Of a stretch of DNA of 33,010 nucleotides, positions 26,030 to 33,010 are shown piece after piece (position 1 is the stretch's first letter; every line of letters starts with the position of its first letter). The notes beneath the pieces were generated by a model. It made no database searches. It had not been told where the DNA came from and saw only the letters and a list, made by a program, of their open reading frames with translations. The position numbers and the translations under genes are program-made. The DNA lies in the sequence record DRR723986_3511. The stretch is one strand, 5' to 3'.

Positions 26030-27346
26030 ATGAAAACAAAAACGCTTAAAAAAAATAAGGTCAACGTAGTGACTTTAGGATGTTCAAAAAACATCTTTGA
26101 TTCTGAAGTAATGATGGCCCAATTAAAGGGGAACAAGTTTGAAGTTGAGCACGAGGCTCAGCAAGACGATTCTGAAATTGTGATCATCAACACCTGCGGA
26201 TTTATTGATAATGCCAAGCAAGAATCAATCGATACGATTCTCAGATATTCGGACGCAAAGAAAGAAGGATTGGTAGAAAAAGTTTACGTTACCGGATGTC
26301 TTTCTGAACGCTATAAAGAAGATCTTAAAACTGAAATCCCAAACATAGATGGATATTTCGGAACAAGAGATTTGCCAAGATTACTGAAAACCCTAAAGGC
26401 CGATTACAAAAAAGAACTCATAGGAGAAAGGCTTTTAACTACTCCTTCCCATTACGCCTATTTTAAAATTGCTGAAGGATGTGATAGACCTTGCTCTTTT
26501 TGCGCAATTCCATTAATGAGAGGAAAACACGTTTCTACTCCTATTGAACAGTTATTTGACAATGCAAAATCTTTAGCCAACCAAGGCGTTAAAGAATTGA
26601 TGTTAATTGCCCAAGACCTGACCTATTACGGTTTAGACATCTATAAGAAAAGAAATCTAGCTGAATTAGTAGATAAATTAGCTGACATCAATGGTATTGA
26701 TTGGATCAGATTACATTACGCCTTCCCTTCTGGTTTCCCAATGGATGTATTAGATGTGATGAAGGAACGTGACAATGTTGCGAATTATTTGGATATGCCG
26801 CTCCAACACGGATCTACGGACATGCTGAAAGCCATGAAACGTGGAATCACTAGAGACAAGACGGAGAAATTAATTGAGGATATCAGAGCAAAAGTTCCAG
26901 GTATTGCCTTAAGAACAACTTTAATTTCAGGCTTCCCCGGTGAAACTGAGAAAGATTTCCAAGAAATGTATGATTGGGTTGAGAGAAGCCGATTCGAGAG
27001 ATTGGGAATCTTTACCTATTCTCATGAGGAAAATACAACGGCTTATGCATTAGAAGACAATGTACCGACAGAACTCAAACAAGAACGTGCTGATGCCATT
27101 ATGGAATTGCAGGCTGGAATTTCTTACGACCTCAACCAACAAAAAGTAGGCAAAACCTTCAAGACATTGTTTGATAAAGCTGAAGGAGACTACTTCATTG
27201 GAAGAACTGAATTTGATTCTCCAGAAGTGGATAATGAAGTTTTAGTAAAAATTACAGAGGAAAATCACATCAGAATTGGCGATTTTGCTAATGTCAAAAT
27301 TGAATCTGCAGATCATTACGATTTGTACGGGAAGGTTGTGGACTAA
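26030..27346 (+). CDS. rimO: Ribosomal protein S12 methylthiotransferase
   Basis: TLGCSKN, NTCGFI, EGCDRPCSFCAIP and a TRAM domain with SPEVD. Confidence 0.95.
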   Translation: MKTKTLKKNKVNVVTLGCSKNIFDSEVMMAQLKGNKFEVEHEAQQDDSEIVIINTCGFIDNAKQESIDTILRYSDAKKEGLVEKVYVTGCLSERYKEDLKTEIPNIDGYFGTRDLPRLLKTLKADYKKELIGERLLTTPSHYAYFKIAEGCDRPCSFCAIPLMRGKHVSTPIEQLFDNAKSLANQGVKELMLIAQDLTYYGLDIYKKRNLAELVDKLADINGIDWIRLHYAFPSGFPMDVLDVMKERDNVANYLDMPLQHGSTDMLKAMKRGITRDKTEKLIEDIRAKVPGIALRTTLISGFPGETEKDFQEMYDWVERSRFERLGIFTYSHEENTTAYALEDNVPTELKQERADAIMELQAGISYDLNQQKVGKTFKTLFDKAEGDYFIGRTEFDSPEVDNEVLVKITEENHIRIGDFANVKIESADHYDLYGKVVD

Positions 27347-27864
27347 TCCTTCGCAATGTGCTTTTTATACCATGCAATATACTCTGCATCCTTGATTTGC
27401 ACACCTTCAATTGAGGGGTCTGGATAAATTGTAGCACCAAAACAAATAGGACCGTCATTATCATATTTGATCAACTTGTGAAACGGAACCGCCCATTTCA
27501 TATGATGGTCATAAGCAAAAGTATAATTCATGTATATGGTATACTCAACTTCACGATTGGCTGGGTCAGTATGATAATCATCTATTCCCTTATCAGAAAC
27601 TTTAAACCTTGTAATTCTAGTTCCTTTCGTGAGTACAGAAAATTGCTTTTTGTCCCAAGCGCATTCAACAACTTCAGCAGACTCAACCTTAATTAAGTAA
27701 GCTGGCTCCCCTTCCCCACAACAGTCACAATAGTCAATAATAAAAGGATTGTGTTGTAAAAATCGAACAACTGCATGCGCCTGCGCTTCTGTCAAGTTAT
27801 CCCATGCGTCTGCACGACCAACTTGGCTCACAAATAACAACAATACAAATCCTAATAATCGCAT
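27343..27864 (-). CDS. Secreted hypothetical protein with CxCC motif
   Basis: Signal peptide ending GRA-D; IIDYCDCCG plus two further Cys. Confidence 0.7.
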   Translation of the reverse strand: MRLLGFVLLLFVSQVGRADAWDNLTEAQAHAVVRFLQHNPFIIDYCDCCGEGEPAYLIKVESAEVVECAWDKKQFSVLTKGTRITRFKVSDKGIDDYHTDPANREVEYTIYMNYTFAYDHHMKWAVPFHKLIKYDNDGPICFGATIYPDPSIEGVQIKDAEYIAWYKKHIAKD

Positions 27865-27867
27865 TAT

Positions 27868-28590
27868 TTAATTGTCTTCTTCGTCTGTAACATCTTCATA
27901 GTCTGTGAAACCTTCATCATCCTCATAGGTTTCTTCTTCAGGCTCTGAACCACCAAAAGGCGTGCCATTAAAATTAAAATTCCCGGTAGGCTTTGGTGTA
28001 TCTAAAATTGATTTCCCATTCAGTAAATTTCCAATCACGTTTGCTCCTCTCATGAGAATATTGATTAAAAAGAAGAATGCAATAATCGAAAATATCCAAC
28101 CTATAACTGGCGTCTCATAAATTCCAATTATCGCGTTGGTAAACCAATTGATTAAACCATTATCAACCATTGTTGGATACCACATGCAAAAAACAAAATA
28201 TAACAAGGACCCAGCTAATAGAAATCGCTCAACTTTAGGGTCGATTTTTGGAATTAACCTTGCAAACATTGGGTTATTAGCCATCTGACTCATCATTGCG
28301 CGATTCTGTAATTTACCCAGCAAATAAAGCCCCATAACTATTGACCCCAACACAATATTAAAGGTACTCACCTCTTGCACCCCTTGAGTGTTTTCAAAGA
28401 CAACAATATAATTTGCTGTCACTGAAACCAGTAAAAAGTACTTTATGATTCTTAAAACATAGGTAAGTGACTCGCTTTTCTGATGATCTGGATTCTGAAA
28501 ATTTCTAATAAGGAACATGATAATGCCCCATATAAATCCAAAAATTGAAAAATTTATTCCTAATACAAAAATGAATTTTAATATCTCCAT
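27868..28590 (-). CDS. Hypothetical multi-pass membrane protein with acidic tail
   Basis: About 5 hydrophobic helices and C-terminal EPEEETYEDDEGFTDYEDVTDEEDN. Confidence 0.75.
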   Translation of the reverse strand: MEILKFIFVLGINFSIFGFIWGIIMFLIRNFQNPDHQKSESLTYVLRIIKYFLLVSVTANYIVVFENTQGVQEVSTFNIVLGSIVMGLYLLGKLQNRAMMSQMANNPMFARLIPKIDPKVERFLLAGSLLYFVFCMWYPTMVDNGLINWFTNAIIGIYETPVIGWIFSIIAFFFLINILMRGANVIGNLLNGKSILDTPKPTGNFNFNGTPFGGSEPEEETYEDDEGFTDYEDVTDEEDN

Positions 28591-28664
28591 TGACTACAAT
28601 TGCTTTATTCTATATAACGTTTAAGCCAAACAAATATGCTGATTTTATTGAAGGATTCCTTGTT

Positions 28665-29171
28665 CTACAACTTAGTTTTTACCTTTTTCCAATCTTTAAT
28701 TTGCCAATTGGTATGCCCTGTTGCAACATGGTTATTTTGAGTGTCATATAATTTTATCTCACATTTTACCATCACTGCATCTTGTGACTCAAGGGGTTGT
28801 TTCACATGTTCTGCTATCCATAGATCATCAATTTCAAACACAGCTGTAATATCCGTTTTAGCTTGATATACATACTCCATATGCAAAGATTCCATTATCA
28901 GGCGATATTGCTTCGCACCAAGTTTAGTCAATAACAAAAAGCCTGACGCGAACTCCGCTGCTGTTGCCATTCCACAAGCATGAATCCCTTTAATGTGATT
29001 AAAGTTTTTCCTCTTGTATGGAATAATAGTTTCAACTTTATCATCAGCAATAGACTTTATCTTAATTCTATGCGGCTTGTTAAAAGGAATCATGTAGGAT
29101 AATCCAAAATTCAGCTTCCATAATCCGAAACTAGAAGATTTGGCATTCGCAATGTACTTTTCAAAATTCAT
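28665..29171 (-). CDS. Hot-dog fold thioesterase-like protein (DUF4442/YiiD-like)
   Basis: IPFNKPH, NFNHIKGIHACGMATAAE. Likely start ATG 29171. Confidence 0.8.
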   Translation of the reverse strand: MNFEKYIANAKSSSFGLWKLNFGLSYMIPFNKPHRIKIKSIADDKVETIIPYKRKNFNHIKGIHACGMATAAEFASGFLLLTKLGAKQYRLIMESLHMEYVYQAKTDITAVFEIDDLWIAEHVKQPLESQDAVMVKCEIKLYDTQNNHVATGHTNWQIKDWKKVKTKL

Positions 29172-29239
29172 ATCGTAAAGATAATTCACTCGTTTGGCAA
29201 TGCCATCTTCATTTGGAATAATCTTTGCCAAAACAATAT

Positions 29240-29247
29240 TATATTTG
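29240..29247 (+). promoter_or_regulatory. -7 promoter element for the S46 peptidase
   Basis: TATATTTG, 34 nt upstream of the ATG. Confidence 0.55.
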
Positions 29248-29281
29248 TTAATCTGACAAAATCAGATCTAAAATTGATTGA

Positions 29282-31414
29282 ATGAAAAAAATTACAGCTT
29301 TACTTAGCCTTTTCTTAACCTTAAATTTCACAGCATTCTCTGTAGAGGGAATGTGGATCCCATCTTTAATTGACATGTTCCATTCGGATATGAAAACTAT
29401 GGGACTTAAATTAAGTGCTGAACAAATTTACTCAACGAATAATTCAAGTCTAAAAGACGCGATCATTCAATTTAATGGCGGATGTACTGGTGAAATCGTT
29501 TCTGATCAAGGATTGTTATTGACCAATCATCACTGCGGATTTGATGCCATTCAAAAGCATTCATCTCTAGAAAACGATTACCTGAAAAATGGTTTTTGGG
29601 CAAAATCGAAATCTGAAGAACTCGCATGCCCATGGCTTCGTGTGACTTTCGTTAAAGAAATTAGAGATGTCACCGAACTTGTGTTTAAAGGCATTACAGC
29701 TGAAACTAGTCCTACAGAACGAGCTAAAATCATTCAAAAAAACATCTCAGCCTTAGAATCAGCAGAAGAAAAAACTGCAAGCATCACTGCTAAGATTAAA
29801 CCTTTCAACTTAGAAAACCAATACTTCATGTTAATTACTGAAGATTACAATGACATTCGATTAGTGGGTGCACCTCCTTCGGCAATTGGTAAATACGGTG
29901 GAGACACTGACAACTGGGTTTGGCCAAGGCATACTGGAGATTTTTCGGTTTTCAGAATTTACGCTAACAATAATGAATCGGCGGCATTTGATAAAGCAAA
30001 CACTCCTTATAAACCAGCACACTCTTTACCAATAAGCTGTAAACCTAAAAAGGAAGGTGATTTCACAATGGTTTATGGTTTCCCTGGAAGCACAGATCAG
30101 CACTATTCTTCTGGAAAATTACAATGGATAATTGAAAAAGAAAGACCTGCTAGAATTGACATGCGTCAGCACAGTTTAGATGTTATAAAACCTGCAATGA
30201 ATGCAGATGATTTAACCAGAATTCAATACGCTTCTAAACAAGCTAGAATTGCGAATGCCTGGAAAAAGTGGATTGGTCAAATTGGTGGATTAAAAGAATT
30301 GGGAGCCATTGAAAAGAAAAAAGAATGGGAAGAAGAATACATGGCTAAAGCTGGTGAGCAATCTGAATGGAAAGCCAAATATTACAATGTCATTGGAGAT
30401 TTGAATGAACTGCAAGCACAAGGCGGAAAATTTGAGTTTGCCAGATCAATGTTTATTGAATACTTCTATGTAGGACCCGAATTTATCAGACATGCATTCG
30501 GCTATTATAACTTGGTATACAATTACGAAAAATTAGAAACTGAGGGGAAAGTTGAAGAAGAAATCAATAAACTAATCAAAGGATCAGAGTCGTTCTTCAA
30601 GAATTACAACAAGGCTGTAGATCAGGCAATCTATAATGAATTGACGCCACTTTACTGTGACTACGTTGAAACTGACCTTTTACCTTTAGGATTAGCAGAG
30701 AGCTGGGAAAGAGATGGTGAAGCTATTTTTGAGAAATCTGTAATACTAGATCCAGAAGGGATTAAGTCTACCCTAAGTAAATTCACTGCAAAATCGGCTA
30801 AAAAAATGAAGAACGATCCGGCTTTGAAATTTGCCTTGAGCATCTACCAAACTTTCGTAAACAAGGTAAACAGTGGCTATCAAGCTTTTGCAGCAAAAGA
30901 AGAAAAATTGATGCAAACCTATGTTGAAGGAATCTTAGTAATGTTCCCCGATAAAAAGAATTGGGCAGATGCGAACTCAACAATGAGAATTACATACGGT
31001 AAAATTGAAGGTTCTTCTCCTTATGACGGCATGAAGTACACACATTACACGACAATTGATGGAATCATGCAAAAACATGACGAATCCAACCCTGACTTTC
31101 AGTTAACAAGTAGATTCGAAGAATTGTACAAGAAAAAAGATTTTGGAGACTACACACAAGACGGAGATTTATGGGTTTGTTTTACCGCCTCTAATCATAC
31201 CACTGGTGGGAATTCTGGGTCACCTGTAATTGATGCAGACGGTAATTTATCTGGAATTAATTTTGACCGTTCTTGGGAAAGCACCATGAGTGACTTTATG
31301 TTCGATAGCAGACGTTGTCGTAACATAGCGGTTGATATCCGTTACGTGTTGTGGGTGATTGATAAATATGGTGAAGCTCCTCATTTGGTAGAAGAAATGA
31401 ACATCATCAAATAA
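29282..31414 (+). CDS. S46 family dipeptidyl peptidase (DPP11-like)
   Basis: EGMW, GGCTG, TNHHC, DNWVWPRHTGDF, DANSTMR, TGGNSGSPV and NFDRSWE. Confidence 0.93.
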   Translation: MKKITALLSLFLTLNFTAFSVEGMWIPSLIDMFHSDMKTMGLKLSAEQIYSTNNSSLKDAIIQFNGGCTGEIVSDQGLLLTNHHCGFDAIQKHSSLENDYLKNGFWAKSKSEELACPWLRVTFVKEIRDVTELVFKGITAETSPTERAKIIQKNISALESAEEKTASITAKIKPFNLENQYFMLITEDYNDIRLVGAPPSAIGKYGGDTDNWVWPRHTGDFSVFRIYANNNESAAFDKANTPYKPAHSLPISCKPKKEGDFTMVYGFPGSTDQHYSSGKLQWIIEKERPARIDMRQHSLDVIKPAMNADDLTRIQYASKQARIANAWKKWIGQIGGLKELGAIEKKKEWEEEYMAKAGEQSEWKAKYYNVIGDLNELQAQGGKFEFARSMFIEYFYVGPEFIRHAFGYYNLVYNYEKLETEGKVEEEINKLIKGSESFFKNYNKAVDQAIYNELTPLYCDYVETDLLPLGLAESWERDGEAIFEKSVILDPEGIKSTLSKFTAKSAKKMKNDPALKFALSIYQTFVNKVNSGYQAFAAKEEKLMQTYVEGILVMFPDKKNWADANSTMRITYGKIEGSSPYDGMKYTHYTTIDGIMQKHDESNPDFQLTSRFEELYKKKDFGDYTQDGDLWVCFTASNHTTGGNSGSPVIDADGNLSGINFDRSWESTMSDFMFDSRRCRNIAVDIRYVLWVIDKYGEAPHLVEEMNIIK

Positions 31415-31433
31415 ATCATGTTCTAGAAAGTGA

Positions 31434-31742
31434 ATGCGTCTGATTTTCTGCATATCGGTCTTAGGTTTGCTGGTTTCTTGTAAAAAAGATCCACCAGCAC
31501 CATTACCAATTGCCAATTTTTTTGTGGATAATGCAGGATGCCCCTCCGATTGTTATGTAAAGTTTTACGATCAATCATATTCAGCTGTTAAATGGAAATG
31601 GGATTTTGATAATCAAGATAAATCAGAGTTACAGCATGACTCAACCTATTATCTAGACCCTGGATTTTATGACGTTACCTTAACGGTATGGAATGCAGAT
31701 GACGTCAAAGACGAAATCACTAAAGAAATCATCATTTACTAA
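31434..31742 (+). CDS. Small PKD-domain lipoprotein
   Basis: Lipobox LVSC-KKD; PIANF, F.DQS, WKWDFDN and PGFYDVTLTV. Confidence 0.85.
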   Translation: MRLIFCISVLGLLVSCKKDPPAPLPIANFFVDNAGCPSDCYVKFYDQSYSAVKWKWDFDNQDKSELQHDSTYYLDPGFYDVTLTVWNADDVKDEITKEIIIY

Positions 31743-31775
31743 AAAAGGACAACTGTTTTGGGCAGTCATCCTTTT
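31741..31775 (-). terminator. Rho-independent terminator with minus-strand polarity
   Basis: Minus strand reads AAAAGGAUGACUG-CCCAAAA-CAGUUGUCCUUUUUU, fully paired with two G-U. The same positions are C-A/A-C mismatches on the plus strand. Confidence 0.7.
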
Positions 31776-31835
31776 AATAAATACGTTCTTAAGATCCCTC
31801 CAAGAACAAATAAACTAGGTGTAATAGTTTGATTT
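31741..31835 (-). ncRNA. Candidate ~95-nt small RNA
   Basis: Upstream TTG-N20-TAAATTAG promoter-like element, an internal hairpin with a GGGA loop, a minus-oriented terminator, and no ATG-initiated ORF. Confidence 0.4.
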
Positions 31836-31936
31836 TACTCTAATTTACGGCAATCAATTCGCTGGAACAATTCATTTATAACAGATAATTCTGAATTTTA
31901 TACGGGTCAAAATTTAAATTCATAGTTTTGATGAGC

Positions 31937-32317
31937 ATGATTCCTAACAAAGAAATACTTCAAGCAAAAATAGATGCAAGACACCATTCAAGGGAATTAA
32001 TTAAAGCTGTTTTCCAAGCAACTGAGCATTTTCCAAAACAAGATCCCAATCAATTTGCATCACTTTTAAGAAAAAAAGTATTGGCCGTTTCTTCATTCTT
32101 GGCACATGGAACCGTAAAGCACGACAAGGATGAGCAAAAAGAAGACTTTTTGTTTGTCATGTCTGAATTAAGAGAGACCTTAAAACTAATTACCATTGCT
32201 CATCATTTAGGATATGCAACTGATTTAGAAAAATCTACCGTCAGGCATTCCATTGCCAATTTGATTAACTCGCTGGATAAATTAGTGATCAGTTTGGGTG
32301 GGTTTGAACAAAAGTGA
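31937..32317 (+). CDS. Divergent four-helix-bundle protein (23S rRNA IVP/Avd-like family)
   Basis: L...V...T..FP......L...R....V...LA.G......E...FL......L.E....I.IA..LGY pattern. TAGTTTTG at 31923-31930 favours ATG 31937. Confidence 0.7.
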   Translation: MIPNKEILQAKIDARHHSRELIKAVFQATEHFPKQDPNQFASLLRKKVLAVSSFLAHGTVKHDKDEQKEDFLFVMSELRETLKLITIAHHLGYATDLEKSTVRHSIANLINSLDKLVISLGGFEQK

Positions 32318-32378
32318 TTAAAATCAACCTCGTCAAAATCATTCATCAATCAATTTATTTTCAATAGCCACTACTTTA

Positions 32379-32404
32379 GTAAGTAAAAAGACATCAATAC
32401 GTCT
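32379..32404 (+). promoter_or_regulatory. Putative ECF-sigma promoter (GTAAG-N16-CGTCT)
   Basis: Same blocks and spacing as 8481-8506, 24 nt upstream of the thioredoxin ATG. Confidence 0.5.
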
Positions 32405-32428
32405 CAAAGAATTAAATAAAAAGTAGAA

Positions 32429-32974
32429 ATGTCAGATTATTATCAATTCGTACAAAAGCTAGCCGAAGAAAACAAAACAACAGGTGACAACCAATCAGAG
32501 TCAATGATTCATTACACTCAGATGAATGCTAAACGCATGAAACGCTGGATGAAAACTGCACAGATTGATCCTGTCGTTGAGTCTAAAATTAAAGGAATTA
32601 AAGAACCACAAAAATGGATTATCTTGACTGAAGCTTGGTGCGGAGATGCGGCACACAGCTTCATGTTCTTCAAAAAAATGGCCGATTTAAATGACAACAT
32701 CACCTTAGAATGGAAACTAAGAGATGAAAACCTTGAATTGATGGATCAGCACTTAACTAATGGTGGCCGATCTATTCCAAAAGTAATTGTGCAAGACAAA
32801 GAAGGTAATGACCTATTTGATTGGGGACCGCGTCCTGCACATATTCAAGCCGCGTATACCAAAATGAAAAATGAGGGTATGGAATACGGTGACATTTCTA
32901 TAGAACTCCAAAAAATGTATAACGCCGATAAAGGTCAAACAACTCAGAGGGAGTTTGCAGCGCTGTTGTCGTAG
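32429..32974 (+). CDS. Thioredoxin-like protein (Thioredoxin_9 type, monothiol WCGD)
   Basis: YTQMNAKRMKRW, LTEAWCGDAA, LRDEN.ELMD..LTNGGRSIPK and WGPRP. Confidence 0.9.
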   Translation: MSDYYQFVQKLAEENKTTGDNQSESMIHYTQMNAKRMKRWMKTAQIDPVVESKIKGIKEPQKWIILTEAWCGDAAHSFMFFKKMADLNDNITLEWKLRDENLELMDQHLTNGGRSIPKVIVQDKEGNDLFDWGPRPAHIQAAYTKMKNEGMEYGDISIELQKMYNADKGQTTQREFAALLS

Positions 32975-32980
32975 GTTGAA

Positions 32981-33010
32981 ATTTTCGATTTTCGATTTTC
33001 GATTTTCGAT
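32981..33010. repeat. Heptamer tandem repeat (ATTTTCG)n, truncated by the window end
   Basis: Four perfect copies at 32981-33008 plus AT. Confidence 0.92.

Noticed and set aside
28610-28642. Third copy of the ECF-like promoter upstream of the 28590 gene (GCATA...CGTTA on the minus strand)
   Set aside because: Both blocks and the spacing (15 nt) differ from GTAAG-N16-CGTCT; too weak.
31928-32317. Diversity-generating retroelement suggested by the Avd-like fold
   Set aside because: No reverse transcriptase and no TR/VR repeat pair is visible in the window.
434-32703. Short alternative-frame or antisense ORFs in the track (e.g. 434-670, 2629-2904, 4306-4647, 12909-13169, 19602-19982, 24214-24411, 25063-25398, 31247-31516)
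   Set aside because: They overlap well-supported genes, have no recognisable motifs and look like shadow ORFs.
32981-33010. CRISPR array at the window end
   Set aside because: The unit is 7 bp with no spacers, and there are no cas genes.

Overview
AT-rich, gene-dense chromosomal window from a Bacteroidota genome, probably Flavobacteriales. The assignment rests on TAnnTTTG promoters, a T9SS cargo protein, an S46 peptidase and the rpmB-rpmG-DUF4295-ftsY-rimO order. Most genes are housekeeping or conserved: rseP, cvpA, osmC-like, lipA, pheT, cinA/pncC, a purine deaminase, rpmB, rpmG, ftsY and rimO. I saw no CRISPR array, tRNA/rRNA, transposase, phage gene or recognisable defence gene. The best candidate for an undescribed system is a tightly coupled four-gene operon at 8508-13317. 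It encodes a CslA/C-like processive GT2, DUF2141, a DUF547::beta-barrel fusion and a minimal POTRA-Omp85 protein, and looks like a glycan synthesis and surface-export module. It is preceded by a GTAAG-N16-CGTCT motif, ECF-sigma-like, that recurs exactly upstream of a thioredoxin-like gene at 32.4 kb. Other signals missing from the ORF track are a candidate ~95-nt minus-strand sRNA (31741-31835) next to a divergent four-helix-bundle gene, a sigma54-like promoter for DUF4197, a TetR operator, the 50-aa DUF4295/bL38 gene, and a heptamer tandem repeat running off the right edge. All family calls come from motif recognition by eye; no database searches were run.
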